Counted from the first letter of the stretch, positions 37,719 to 59,394 are shown. The stretch: 64,000 nt of DNA from Zygnema circumcarinatum SAG 698-1b (GCA_037447605.1 CM074818.1:310001-374000); one strand, 5' to 3'. Notes: a model not told the origin generated them from the sequence alone. Translations and numbers: made by a program.

Positions 37719-38303
37719 ATGGAGATGAGCAGGAGAGCAGCTCGCCTGCTGCCTGCTACGGCGCGATGCATCATGCGGCGCTTGAAGGATGGCTCGCATC
37801 ATGGCGAATCAGAGCATCATAAGAAGGGCCTTCTTCGGAGTTTCATTGTTCCAAGGATTTCTACTTTTCAAGAACGAGCATTTGATGCGGATTTGATGAA
37901 GAATGGCGCTCATTCTGGAGCGGGACCGATGGCAGGTTATCCATTTGGAGTGATGAATGTGAATTTTTGTTTGATTACGGCGAGGGAAGGTGGTGATGAC
38001 TGCGCTGGAATCATGTCAGAAGAGGCTTCTGCTGCTCCTCCTTTGAGCTACAGTAGCAGGAGCAGTTCATTGAGGCCGCATGTTTCCTGGGAGGATTTGC
38101 TTCTGCATTCGTTGCAGATGAGGCAATCATCAGGATTGCTTCATGAGAGGAAGGAGGAGTTGGTTGAGGGAAGTCTGAAGCTTCCTCCTGCAGGAGAGCT
38201 GCTTTTGTTTGAAACTAGCAGTGTGAAGAAGAAGAGAAGACTGAAAATGAATAAACATAAGCAGAAGAAGCTTCGACGGAGAGAACGATACAAGAATAAG
38301 TAG
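37719..38303 (+). CDS. Mitochondrial small ribosomal protein mS38-like (COX24/AURKAIP1, DUF1713), single exon
   Basis: Mitochondrial-type N-terminus MEMSRRAARLL; C-terminal SSVKKKRRLKMNKHKQKKLRRRERYKNK is the DUF1713 signature. Confidence 0.85.
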   Translation: MEMSRRAARLLPATARCIMRRLKDGSHHGESEHHKKGLLRSFIVPRISTFQERAFDADLMKNGAHSGAGPMAGYPFGVMNVNFCLITAREGGDDCAGIMSEEASAAPPLSYSSRSSSLRPHVSWEDLLLHSLQMRQSSGLLHERKEELVEGSLKLPPAGELLLFETSSVKKKRRLKMNKHKQKKLRRRERYKNK

Positions 38304-40178
38304 CAGTGAAATATGTTCCTTTTTCAGTAAAATTCTGATGGCAATCCTTTTTTTTTGTCTATATTGACAGCTTCACTCCTTCTATGGTTCATTCCTTTCT
38401 CCTCTCTAGATATTCTTGGTATAACTCTCAGCCTCAAATTTTAGGAAAGCAGAAAACAACCTTAAGCTATGCTTAGGTTAGGTGTAAACAAGAAGGCCTT
38501 TAAGGTTTGTTTGTTCCTTTTGAAATAGAGTGGTGGAAAGCTCTGTCAGCTCATGCTATCCATCTTTTGGAGCCCACTGAAGTGAGATCTTCAGCCAAGT
38601 GCCATTCAGCTCTCTCTCAAGCTGTAGGAAAGCAGCAAAGTGAAGGTCTTGGAGCCATAACTGAGATTAATTGAACGCAGATTAAAAGTGCATGGCATGG
38701 CATGTGCTCTTATGGCATGAAATGTTATATGTCGAAGGCATTTGCATGTGATCTAATCCCCATTTGACTTTGATTTATGGGCTTGGTATATGATCTGATG
38801 GCATGTTTTTTCATGTTTTGTTGAGCTTTTGCATGGAAATGTGTCTAGTGACCATGTGCTCTTTACTGGCAATTGCTGAATTTGGCTTGACTAATGGCTT
38901 GGAAAGAAGGATGGCTTGGTTAAAGCGAGAACGCATTTGCCGCTCTTTTTCTTTGGTTTTCTCCAAATCGACTAGGACTTGGATTTGCATTGCTCTCCTA
39001 TGCGGTCAGCCAAAACCACAAGTTCGTCTCCAAAGACCCCAAGTCACATCACAATCACAATCAATGGCAATTCATTTCATCACAGTCACAATCAGCACAT
39101 GCACAATGGCCTGCAATACATTCAAAGACATCTGCTCTCCCTCCTAAAACACGAACCAACACATAACAGGAACAAGAACAAAATCAACAAATAAGGAAAA
39201 TAAATAACAGTGACGCCACAATTGTAATCACTCACATTGTGTTGATCAATACGGCAAAGCTCACATAAAAACAAAAACAGATATTTGCCATCAACATGAC
39301 ATTACATGACTTCACATCCCCTCAGAGCATAGAACGTTTTGATACGTTGGAACGGAGCCCATTGGCAGTCCACAGACACCTTTCTGTAAAAGTCAACGCA
39401 GTATCAGGCGCAAAACATGGGGGGAAAACCTCCACCATGAAGACTATGATGGCAGTGATGACCATGATAGCCATGGCGGCCATGGAGTGATGGCCATGGC
39501 TGCCTCTCCAGCTTAGAGTCTGTACTTCACCCTAATCCTAACAAGACCACGTAAGCAGCCACACACTAGTCTCTGCCTCGACAGTTCTCCTCCATACCAG
39601 CCTCCTACCTCCCTCTACTCAGCACGCGTGCCAACGACCACCCGTTCAATGAAAGAGAGACGGGCAGCCGCCCAAAAAGGAGAGAGTGGGAGAATGAGAA
39701 AGAGGGACTCAGTCCCTTGGCAGTGTCTCTTGCCTGCTGTAAGTGGGACCCCCTCGCGAAGCTGCAGAAAAAACAAGACAGAGGCAGTGCAGCTTACACG
39801 GAATACTTCCAGCGGCCTATCAACCGGACCTATTGCTGCTCCCAAAAAGAAGATCCGCGCCTTCCCAGAATAATGCATCCGGGGCAGTGCAGGAAAACCC
39901 TTGGAATGGGGAGAAAAACAGCCTACAACGACTGCTGAAAGAGGGAAGCTCGAACATGCAGGGGAGGAGCAGTGGGAGGGGTAGTGAGGAAGACAGCTCG
40001 GAATGAGAGAGCGAGAGAGAGGTTTTGAAAGCGAATGCGACCTAAGTATAGACCTATGAAACCCGGACGAATGCAAGAATTCTGAGGGAAGCGGCGTTGC
40101 CGGCCTGTCGAGAGAAGCATTGCAAGAATACTTCTATGTATCCTCTCCAACTTTAGCTAGGAAGCAGTTGAGGGAGGA

Positions 40179-43100
40179 TCAATCACCATGGGAGTGAGAA
40201 AAAGGCCATGGAACGAGAATGGGAGTGCTCCGCTTGTATGCTTGATAGGCCGGGTCAGACCCCCATTTCTGATCAGACGCAGTTTCCAAGAGCGGGACCT
40301 GCCCAGAATGACAAAACCCCCGAAAAAACGACAAGATGTTTAGCGAGCCTCTCTTGGAAATGCTGTAGCATAATTTTGCAAGCACAGGTGGCAAATAGTT
40401 AAGATTTTAACATTACGGAATCGAAGTACAGTGATAAGCAATTTGAGGGATTCCCACAGAGATAGGAAGGACTTACCCCGCTCAAAAAAATGAGTTGAAA
40501 CGAAGTCCAGATGGGACCAAGCAGACCTGCCAGGAAACCCAAAATAACTGCCTTTAGTCAAACAGCCTTTTCTCTGACAAAATTGGCTGCGATCTCATCG
40601 AGTGCTTTCAAAAGCATGCATGTCATCTGACCCACTTATAGAGAAAAAAGAAAGACTTCAACGAAAGATGCATGTTCCAGCTATTAAATAATCAATATTA
40701 GCATGTTTGAGTTAGAGAGGCAGGTTTCACATAAAAAGCAGCAAACTTGAGTTCAAGTCAACAAGTGATTGTTCCCAGTATGACTAGTGTTGAAGTTGGA
40801 AGTACCTCCTAGCCAGGCCCACCCCTGGAGGCCTTCTGAAGCTAGCAGGAAGATACCCCACCAAAGTAAAATCTCGCCCAGATAATTGGGATGACGACTA
40901 TACCTGCAAACAAACTCAGTAATATGGGACATGAATAAGATACTTCTAACCAGCCAGAGACTAGGCAACTTATTCGAAGTCTTAAGTTACTTATCACAGC
41001 AGGGGCTGCACTTCTCAAACATGTCAAAGACATCACATGCAAGGATGAACCCTGGTAGAAGAGAGTCCTACCTCCAAAGGCCCGTGTCAATCCACTTTCC
41101 ATCATTCGCTTCATCTTCCTTGAAGCTGCAAAATAGCACAAAAAAAGAGCTCAACCTTCTGCAGCAACAAGGGGACCAAATCCAATAGTACGCTGTCTAA
41201 TCTGCAAAAAAGGGAGAAGGACACGTATTTATTAAAACAACCCAAAAAGTTGGGTGTGTAATACCATGCAGCATGCCCGGACTGAGTCTCAAGCAGCTGG
41301 TACGGATTGAACTATCAAGTATTGGGAGAAGTAACTGGATTGATGCAGTCCAAACTTTCGATGGACTGAGACTTACACAAATTTCTGATAATCGGCAACT
41401 GCTTCCAGGAGAAAACCAACGCCCCACAGCACTATGCCTGAAATAGGAGCCCAACAACCCCTATAAACCCTTATCACTCAAGTACTGGGCCCTTCATGTT
41501 GAAGTATATGAGAAATGCGTATCATCTGCAAACCCAATGGACTCATGAGCAAGAACATCATGCTGAAGTAAAAGATTCCTACACTGCCAAAATGCAACAT
41601 TTGAAAATGAACTTTGACCATGGAAAAACTTCAATAGACATTTTCATTTCGTGTTATAATCATGAGAGATATCGTAGTTGGAGTAAATAAATTTCTGCCG
41701 TTCGTAGGGCGAGCATAAGCATTACCAAGCCCCACCAGAAACAGGAAGAAGCTATGAAAGACGGGAATGCTTTTTTGCGTTGCCATCAGAAAAACAAAAG
41801 ATGAGAAGGTAAGAGGTTTTCTATCCGAAGAGAATTACCAAGTACGTCTGTGATTGCCAGCCAGGGCGGATTATGTGTGCTGAAGTTCAGAAGCATGACC
41901 GGTAACGACACTATAAACACCCATATTGCCTACATCAGAATAAGTCATCAAGGAAAAATCAGCCACTGAATAAAGCTGAATAAACAATGGAATGCGAAGT
42001 TTAAAAAGTAGAAAGTCCCCAGAGAACGAAACACTTGCAACCTCGCTAACAGAAAACGTTACAGACGTGGACAGAAGTGGACAGAAACTGTAGCCTCCAT
42101 TTATCACAGTATACTTTTGTGCTTGGACATATACCTGAATGGTCCAAAACATGAACAACGTGGAAGGCTTTTCACGGACGCCATCAAAGCGACTGTCCTT
42201 ACCAGCCTGTTAATGCAACAAGGTGTGCAACTTTTGAAAATAAGTTGATGAAAAACGGTACATCAGCAGAGAAGCTATGATGATTTGCCAAGAACATCAC
42301 ATCGGCAGTGACAATACAATGATAACCTACCTTCCTTCGTATATGAAATCATCTCAAACCACATGGAAAGGAAGCCAAAAAAAGTAGTGCCCATACCTTC
42401 AGAACCCGCATTAGCAGAAATGTTCCGAGTCGAACAGACCATACTGAGACAAGCGTGGTTAGCGTCACCTGCAGCCTTGAATTGTACAAACAAACAAAAC
42501 GAGGGAAGCACATGAAAAGCAGTACATGAGTGCATGTCAATCAAAATCTTGCTCATCAAATGAGAGAGAGACACAGAGAGAGAGAGAGCGAGAGTGAGAG
42601 AGGTATGCAAACAGAGACAAGAGGAATGATCGTGCGAAGCACCCAAAGCGGTCTAGATCAATAACCGTAACAGCTGAAAAGAAAAGCGCTTTTATATTGT
42701 GCATGCCTGCCGTTCATAAAGAAAGCCTCCAAAAGCTAATGAGCCTGTCGCCACCAGAAAGAAAGAAAGCGACCCAAAGAGATCAAAAAATTTCTCCGTC
42801 TGCGAAGGAAGACAAACGCCAAAAAAAACACGAACAAAATAAGAAAACCGTTCACTCTAACTCTCGAGCTGAGTGGTAATTTTTGCGAATGGTATTTGAG
42901 GATAAGCTTACACAGACTGGAACTACCAAAATCTGAAAAACTCCAAAAGTAATGAAAACAGAGCCATCAAAACATGATGCTCTAGATAAAGGGAGGAGGT
43001 CATGACATGCATCAATTAGAGAGAGAAAGAGAGAGAAAGAGAGAGAAAGAGAAAGAAATAGAGAGAGATTCACTCATCAGATAGACGGAGTGTATACAAA

Positions 43101-43488
43101 TGCTGCCTGCTTCATGGCTTGCAAAGAAGTGATATTCACCTACGTTTTCAACTATTGAGCGACAAAACAGGAAGGAGGAGCAATGCATCGGTACATAGCA
43201 CACAAACATACAAATTCATGTATCAATGCAGACTATGCATCACCAAAACGACCAAAAGAGTAGTACAAGGAGTTCGTGTCTATCACTTCCACATTTGCAA
43301 ACCAATTTTCTCCATTCGTTTGTGTTGGTCTTTAGTCCTTAAAATGCGAAGCACGATGCATTTTCAATACTACTACACAGGCGTGCATCCTTAATTACCT
43401 GCAGAAGAGCCGAAAAGATGAATGATATCCACTGGAAAGCCAAATCAGACAGTCCGAACCAGAGAAGCAACTGGACCGTGCTTGCCAT
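40179..43488 (-). CDS. DUF1295 family membrane protein (steroid 5-alpha-reductase-like C-terminal domain)
   Basis: Exons 43488-43399, 42799-42707, 42468-42397, 42206-42135, then ~41910-41840, ~41435-41380, ~41125-41070, ~40900-40810, ~40550-40480, ~40300-40179. TEKFFDL; [12 protein letters not shown]; GKDSRFD; EAVADYQKF; [20 protein letters not shown]; SGVPLLE. Confidence 0.92.
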
Positions 43489-44313
43489 CTTGCTTTCCCG
43501 GTCAACCTCCTCGTCACAGAATTTCTCTCCCACTCTCCCTCTCCCCCTCCCTCCCTCCCTCTCTCTCCCTCTCCCGCTCTCTCTCTTTCCCTCTCTCCTC
43601 TCTTTCTCTTCCTTACTCTCTCCCTCTCTCTCCCTCTCCCTCTTCCTCCCTCTCCCTCTCTCTCCCTCTATCTCTCCATCTCTCTATCTCTGTCCCTCTC
43701 TCCCTCTCTCCCACTCTCTCTTCTACCTCTCTCTCCCTCCCTCTCCCTCTCTCCTCTCGCTCTCCCCCCCTCTCTCTCGGCTATTCGAGATTGCTCTCAG
43801 ACTGACAACCAAACAGCCGCTACCTGCGTTTCTGCGAGAACACGAAGAATGGCTGTAGAAGCATACACAGCCTGCTTAAAAAAAAACGCAGATTGAGTTC
43901 TTCGTTTGTTACTCTCTTCGTTCTCCCTCTCTCACGCCTCTCCTGCGGCCATGCCTCTCCACCTCCCTCTCTCCCTCTCCCTCTCCCTCTCCCTCCAGTC
44001 CCAGCCGTGCAAGAGCCCAGCAAGAGCAGGAAGCAGAAAGTGCCCAGCCAACTGTTGTTCAATCTCAAGCTGAAGATCAACATCAACCGGAGCACGTTCG
44101 ACAGAAGATCCACTGTTGATCCCCACAAGGTCAACCCTGGTTCAACTGCAAACTTCAATTTTTCCGGAATCCGTCCAAACGCGTCATTTCTGCCTTTGAC
44201 CGCTCCCCGTTTTCCGGGGAGGATGCACTGTACTTTCCGAAACTTGTACTTGTACGGCATTTGTACGGCCTTCGAAGATATTATTCGCGCGTGCTAAAGC
44301 ACTTGCGGGAAAC

Positions 44314-44435
44314 GATTCAGTTTGCCACGTGACAGTATATCATTCGACAGTTTTGATTCATTTTCCCACGTGACATCATACCATTCGGTGATTTGATTCA
44401 GTTTGTCATGTGGCAGTACATCATTGGATGTCTTG
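44314..44435. promoter_or_regulatory. Three ~40-bp tandem units with G-box-type cores in the DUF1295/CRTAC1 divergent promoter
   Basis: GATTCAGTTTGCCACGTGACAG (44314), GATTCATTTTCCCACGTGACAT (44355), GATTCAGTTTGTCATGTGGCAG (44395); further CACGTG at ~44670, 45319 and 45342. Confidence 0.55.
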
Positions 44436-45358
44436 GATCCAATCATGTCACTGATTGGCGGAGCTTCCAAGTGCCGCCTTTTTGTCCGGCAGTTGAGATT
44501 CGGATTTCGATTTTTTTTCGTACCGTTTGCCGTACAATATCCACAATCCGTTTACACCAGATAGAAGGGCTTTTTCCTAGTGCTTGTCGCGCGGCGTGTA
44601 ATTTTTTGTCGTACGTGAACAAATTGCAGGCACGGGATTGGAGCCTCGACAGGCAGCAAATTGGTACCTGCCACGTGTCCTTCAAAAGGTGAGTCAGCAT
44701 GGCACTTGCATTCTGGCATCTTGTGAAGGATCCGATCCAAAATGCGATCATGGCGGGCAGCACATTCGTACGGTACGGCTTCTATAAAACAGAACAGTCG
44801 TACAGTTGTACAATCCCCGGTATCGTATCCCATTTAAAGTGCTACAGTTCCTCGAAACTTGGACTGTTCCTAAACGGCAAAATTTTATGACGTCATGCTC
44901 AGATTATGCGAACGTGCAAACATGATTTCTTTTCAAAACCTCGAACGGTATATTTTCTTCAAATAGTGTGAACGATTCAAATTCGAATATCGTTATCCTG
45001 TTCTCAAGTATCCAGATATTTCTTCTGATCCATTCAGACAGTGTGATCTTGAGGACGGGGATACGCTTTTCCATTTCTGTTCCCGTCCTGTTTTCTGTTC
45101 CAGGTCCCGTTGCAGTTGCTGTTTCCGCACGTCAGACAACACCTACGTGGCAGTCCCCAATTGGCCCACATCCCCAAATGTACCAACCCGAGATCCCAAT
45201 CAGGTGCGGTTTACTTCAGAACAGAACTGGAAACGGTACTGCGTGGATATTAAAAAACTGTCACGGAACTGTCCCGCACTTAGATCCTTGAATCCCCCTT
45301 TTCCCTCCTCCCAAGTGCCACGTGGCACTCGCGCGCAGTGCCACGTGTCGCCCCCGCC

Positions 45359-52807
<7,449 letters not shown>

Positions 52808-53891
52808 GAGGATTCTGGGGCCTCTCTCTCTCTTTCTCTCTCGCCCTCTCTCTCTATCGACTAGAGAGGGAGACTCTCGTAGGGTCTACAACAACGCTTA
52901 GGAGGATTCTGGGGCCTCTTTCTCTCCCTCTCACCCCCTCTCTCTCTGGACGTCATGTGGTCTACACTCCATCTTTGAGTAGTTCCTAGTGATTCTCTTC
53001 CTTTGTACATTCCCCTCACAAAGTAGCGATGATGCCATAGAAGGGACTGAGAGCGTTTTTGAGTTCCAATTATTTCAAAGGACGGACTGCCATATTGGCT
53101 GGGCATGTCATTCAAAGCTTGAAGTTCCAACTCGATCTCTTAGGAATGATATTTCTGACGTTTCTGGCTTCTGGTTTATAGCTGCGTTAATAAGGGAGGG
53201 ATTGTGATGGGCAGTGTTCGAATGGCTCTTCTTTCAATGGACAAGAAATTAACAAGAAGAGGTTAAATGCCTACCTTGATAAAAACACGAAGTTTGTGTT
53301 TGGCCTGTGGTAGTACGGTAAGGACTACCTTTCTATTTCTACCATGTTTATTAGCAGAATAGGAGATGACTAGTTTCTATAAGTGGGTGAAACCACGCTT
53401 ATGAATACATAATAAAAATTTAGAGATAAAAAGCCTTTACTTCCTAAGCGCAATGTCACACTACACTTTCTACGCTGAACCAAATTCGCTAACACATGCA
53501 ACCCCTAAAAATTATTGAAGCTGTACAGTACCTTTAGTGACTTATTTCTCACACTGAAAGGCACGACAGTCTCTGCTTAAACTAAAAATAATAATTAAAT
53601 TGGATAAAGCTAAGTAACCAAGCACCAAAATAGCCTTTACCTCTCTTATAGCCACTCTCTCTCTCCCTCTCTTTCTCTCTCTCCCTCTCTCTTTGCCTCT
53701 CTCTCTCTACATATCTCTCTGTCTGCCTCCCTTTATCTTTCTCTCCTCTCTCTTTGCCTCTCTTTCTTTCTCTCTTCTATCTCTCTCTCACTCCCTATCT
53801 CTCTCTCTCTAACAAGACAATGTACTTCTTGACAAGCCCTCTCCCCTCGTTGATCGCCGCTTGAATCCGTTCCATATAGACNNNNNNNNNN

Positions 53892-55588
53892 CTCTCTCTC
53901 TCTTTTTCTCTCTCTCTCCCTCTCTCTCTCTCTCTGTCTCTCTCTTTTCTCTCGCTCTCTCTCTCTCTCTTCGTTGGGTAGTTGTGGATCACTTGAAAGC
54001 GTGAGGTTTGGCTTCTCACATTTTGGCTGATGGGGCCTTGGGATGCAGCGGCTACCTCTGCAGCATGGAGGTAAGGAGCTTTGATTCTGGCTTGTCTCTC
54101 CCTTTCCCTGTCTTTCATCCTCTCCCTCCCTCTCTCCCCCCCTCTCTCCCTCCGCCTATGTCTCCCTCCCACTCCGTATTGTACTCCTACTTTCCCTCAA
54201 TCTCCTACACCCTCCCCATTTGTCCTCCCTGTCGTCCTCAAAACTCTCCAAAACTCTCCGAAACTCTCCAAAACTCTCTTCCCTCCCTCCCTCCTTCCCT
54301 CCACCCCTCCCTCCATCCCTTCCCTTCCTCCTAATTATTTTCCCTCTGTGGAATGCAGCCGGTTGCTCACTTTGGCCTCGGACAATACAAGGGTGACGTC
54401 AGCATTGACGTGTCATGGCCTGATGGGTCCGTTGTCAGCCTTGAGAATGCGCAGCCAAACAGAGAGCATGTTGTGGCGCATCCCTCCGCTGTGAGAGAGC
54501 CCACAAACGCTTAGGAGGATTCTGGGGCCTCTCTCTCTCTTTCTCTCTCGCCCTCTCTCTCTATCGACTAGAGAGGGAGACTCTCGTAGGGTCTACAACA
54601 ACGCTTAGGAGGATTCTGGGGCCTCTTTCTCTCCCTCTCACCCCCTCTCTCTCTGGACGTCATGTGGTCTACACTCCATCTTTGAGTAGTTCCTAGTGAT
54701 TCTCTTCCTTTGTACATTCCCCTCACAAAGTAGCGATGATGCCATAGAAGGGACTGAGAGCGTTTTTGAGTTCCAATTATTTCAAAGGACGGACTGCCAT
54801 ATTGGCTGGGCATGTCATTCAAAGCTTGAAGTTCCAACTCGATCTCTTAGGAATGATATTTCTGACGTTTCTGGCTTCTGGTTTATAGCTGCGTTAATAA
54901 GGGAGGGATTGTGATGGGCAGTGTTCGAATGGCTCTTCTTTCAATGGACAAGAAATTAACAAGAAGAGGTTAAATGCCTACCTTGATAAAAACACGAAGT
55001 TTGTGTTTGGCCTGTGGTAGTACGGTAAGGACTACCTTTCTATTTCTACCATGTTTATTAGCAGAATAGGAGATGACTAGTTTCTATAAGTGGGTGAAAC
55101 CACGCTTATGAATACATAATAAAAATTTAGAGATAAAAAGCCTTTACTTCCTAAGCGCAATGTCACACTACACTTTCTACGCTGAACCAAATTCGCTAAC
55201 ACATGCAACCCCTAAAAATTATTGAAGCTGTACAGTACCTTTAGTGACTTATTTCTCACACTGAAAGGCACGACAGTCTCTGCTTAAACTAAAAATAATA
55301 ATTAAATTGGATAAAGCTAAGTAACCAAGCACCAAAATAGCCTTTACCTCTCTTATAGCCACTCTCTCTCTCCCTCTCTTTCTCTCTCTCCCTCTCTCTT
55401 TGCCTCTCTCTCTCTACATATCTCTCTGTCTGCCTCCCTTTATCTTTCTCTCCTCTCTCTTTGCCTCTCTTTCTTTCTCTCTTCTATCTCTCTCTCACTC
55501 CCTATCTCTCTCTCTCTAACAAGACAATGTACTTCTTGACAAGCCCTCTCCCCTCGTTGATCGCCGCTTGAATCCGTTCCATATAGAC
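53892..55588. other. Probable false duplication of ~52185-53881 (offset 1707), repeating the CRTAC1 3' exons and the RLK 3' end
   Basis: Begins immediately after a 10-N gap; the left copy stops mid-RLK exon at the gap. Confidence 0.8.
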
Positions 55589-57590
55589 AGTGAAACCCCA
55601 AAATGTTGGCTGCCAAACCGCCCTCTTCTTGAGCTGCTCTCCTTTTCAGCAGCTCCCTCTCTTGGGCCTTGCACCAATCCCATACAATCTGTTGTTGAAC
55701 ATGCTCTCATGGTGGAACCACTACACTTAGTAGTGAAGCAGCTACCTGTAGCCATCACATTTCCGTTTTCTTCAAAGATAGGGATAAGAGATGGAACTTG
55801 CAGGCCCTCCACTTTTGCCTTTAGAGCTCGAAGTTGGCTCACAACATCCGCCATGTCTAGCCGATACAGAGAAACTTTTTGAAGGCAGGAAGCTGCAATG
55901 CTTGCAAGGGTTTGCATGTCTTCTAAAGAATAGTTTCCATCCAAGTTGGGATCAACAATAGCAGCGAGTCCCAAAGTGCTGCGGATCCTTCGGAGGGCCT
56001 GAGAAGAGAGGGAGGGGACCAGAACTGTCAATAGAATGTCTCTCCCTTTCTCTCTCCGGCTCTCTCTCTTTCCCTCCCTCTCACTCTCTCCTCCGCCCTC
56101 TCTCGCTCGCCTTCCCTCTTCTATTTTGGGATGCCTGAGAAGAGAGGGGACCAGAATTGTCAACAGAATGTCTCTTCCTCTCCCTCTCTTTCCGTCCCTC
56201 TCTCTCTCTCCCTCTCCCTTTCCCTCTCCCTATCCCTCTCCAACTTCCTCTCCCTCTCCCTCCCCTCTTCCTCTCCCTCTCCCACTCCCTCTCCCTCTCC
56301 CTCTCCCTCTCCCTCTCCCTCTCCCTCTCCCTCTCCNNNNNNNNNNCCCTCTCCCTCTCCCTCTCCCTCTCCCTCTCCCTCTCCCTCTCCTCTCCCTCCC
56401 TCTCTCTCCCCGCCCTCCCTCGCTCTCCTCCCCTCGTCTATTTCGGAGTGCCTGAGAAGAGAGGGAGGGGTCCAGACTTGTCAATAGAATGTTTCCCTCC
56501 CTCTCTCTCCCTCTCTCTCCCTCTCTCTCCCCCCCCCTCCTCTCTCTCTCCCTCCCTCTCCGCCAGATGCTGCATTCACCTGCATTCAACTTGCTGCTGT
56601 ATAGCTAGCTCTGCAAGGAGGGTGTTTCATACCCAGGTTGCTAAGGAGGTGAGTTCATCCACTTCCTCCGGCTGAGCGATCACTGCAGACTGCCCAGTCA
56701 TAAGCTCGAGGAGGACCACGCCGAAGCTGCAAAATTTCACTTTAAGAAAGTCTTTAATTCAACCCAATTATGTTTTGTCTGTTCATTTGAAAACAGACAT
56801 TTAAATTTGGAAAAATTGATCTTGATTAGCGAGACACAATAGTACTCTGACTAGCCACTGCATGCCAACCGTTTTGCTGCTGCACATGGAGGGAGGGGGT
56901 GAGGGCTGAGGGAGGGAGGGGAGAAGGGAGGGACGGAGGGGAGGGAGGGAGGGGATGAGGGAGGAAGGGAGGGAGGGAGGGAAGGAGGGAGGGCGGGAGG
57001 GAGTGAGGGAGGGAGGGCGGGAGGGAGTGAGGGAGGGAGTGAGGAGGGAGGAGGTTACTACTTTTGGCCTTCACATATGCTTACTGCGTATTGGTACTTT
57101 ATGATTATGATTCACTGCAGCAAGGAGAAGCAAGACTGAATCAAAAACCTCTTTTTAATGTCTCGTTCCCTTTAATGTTTTTTTTTTTTTAGATGTGAAG
57201 CTTGGCCTTTTTTTTACCTATACACATCGCTCTTTGGAGTGACCCTATAAGTGGTGTAATACTCGGGGTCAACATATCCATGAGTTCCGGCCACTCGAGT
57301 TTTAAAAGACATAGAATCTTTGTCCTCGTCTCCATTATCCTTTAAAAGCCCAAAATCAGCAACCTTTGCCTGCAGCAAAAAGGTAGGATCAAGGAAGGAA
57401 GCTCTTTGGGATATGCTTATACTCATTTGGAGAAAGTGACTGAACATTTCACATTATATACAGGAAAAGATTAATAGTGGCAGATAATCATACCCTTCTA
57501 AGCCTCTGAGAGGGAGAGAGAACGAGCGAGAGAGAGAGACGGGAAAACAGACAGAGAGAGAGAGAGACAGAGAGAGAGAGAGCGAGAGGT

Positions 57591-57621
<31 letters not shown>

Positions 57622-59336
57622 CTGAGAGGTAGAGAGAGAGCGACAGAGAGAAAGAGAGCGAGAGGGAGAGAGAGAGAGAGAGATGCAGAGAGGGCGAGAG
57701 AGAGAGAGAGAGAGAAAGTCTGTCCCACACCTTAAGTTGTGCGTCCAAAAGGATGTTGTCCGACTTCACATCTCGATGAATGATGGTTGGTTTCGCCTGC
57801 GAGTGAAGGTAAGCCAACCCCTCGGCTGCTCCCAAAGCAACCTCCAAACGCTGCTTGAAGGTGAGGGGGGGCCGTCCTGCAAGGCATAAAGAAATAATGA
57901 AAAAATAATGAAATGAAGGAAGATGTCACCAACAGAGGGAGAGGGAGGGAGAGGGGAGAGGTGAGGGGGGGAGATGGAGAGGGAGAGGGAGAGGGAGAGG
58001 AAGGGAGAGGAGAGGTGAGTGGGGGAGATGGAGAGAGAAAGGGAGAGGGAGGGAGAGGAGAGAGGTGAGGTGAGGGGGGGTGATGAAGAGGGAGTGGGGG
58101 AGGGGAAGGGGGAGGGAGAGAACCATCTTAACCGCCGTAATGATGAATGATAATGTAAAAATAAACCATTTCTTTATTTTTGTTTACAAGAAAGTGAAAG
58201 ATTAAATGAAGGCGTACCGTTTTTCAATCGAAGAGCGGCCTTCAGAGTGCCGTTTTCAACAAATTCATAAATCAAAATTTGCTCATTGTCTTCGTCACAG
58301 AAGCCAAGAAGCTTCACGAGATGTTTGTGGTTCATTCGAGAAATGACGTCAACCTGCACAAGATGAGATAGCGAATCGTTTAGAAACTGACATAGAAAAC
58401 AAGAAAACATGTAACATGTAACATGTAAATAAAATGATCGGAATTTTAAATTTTTTATCCTTAAACTTCAGCTTATTTCATACTATGTTCAATTACCAGA
58501 ACCTGTATGTAAAAAAAATAAAAACGACATAGATGGAATTGGGGCAGAAATAACGTAAGGTTTGAAGCTGACCTCAGTTTGGAATAATTTCAGGCTTTGA
58601 ATAGACACTTTTCTGGCCCTTTTCACTGCCCAAATTTGTCCGTCCTTTGCTATTCCTTTGTATACAACTCCATATCCTCCCTCTCCGAGAAGATTGAGCT
58701 TGCTAAAGTTGTCGGTGGCCTCACGAATAATTTGAAGTCGAAATCTCTTCACAAAATGGTCTCTCAATTTCAGTGACAAATATGATTCCTCTGCAAAAAC
58801 TGTTTTCAACCCAATGCAAGAAAAATTGCTTCAGTTGATTGCATGTTGTTCACTATGCATGATAAATATGGAATACCACTTCATTTGTGGTAGGTTACAA
58901 ACCTCCCTCCCTCCCTCCCTCCCTCCTCTCCCTCCTCCCTCCCTCCCTCCCTCCCTCCCTCCCTCCCTCCCTCCCTCCCTCCCTCCCTCCCTCCCTCCCT
59001 CCCTCCCTCCCTCCCTCCCTCCTCCCTCCCTCCCTCAGAAAGTGAGGCATCTTTACTTGGGCGGAAGCAGACGTAAATCCAAACCATGATGGCGAAAATT
59101 ATTAGAAGCGACCCCACCACGATGAGAAGGATCACATAAAGGCGAAGGCCTGCAATAAATGAAACCCAAAAAAAAGATGAGTTTTAATGTTCTTATTTCA
59201 CTCAATTACAAAATAAGAAAAGGTTTTATAATGGGGTCGAAAATTTCACCTTCATGTGATGAGGACGGATGATGTGCTCTGTTCAAAACGTAACCTGAAA
59301 TGGATCACATAGAAATACAGAACGGAAATTAGGGTT

Positions 59337-59394
<58 letters not shown>

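Noticed and set aside
43820-44300. ORFs of 134-146 aa on both strands upstream of DUF1295
   Set aside because: No recognisable motif or consistent splice structure.
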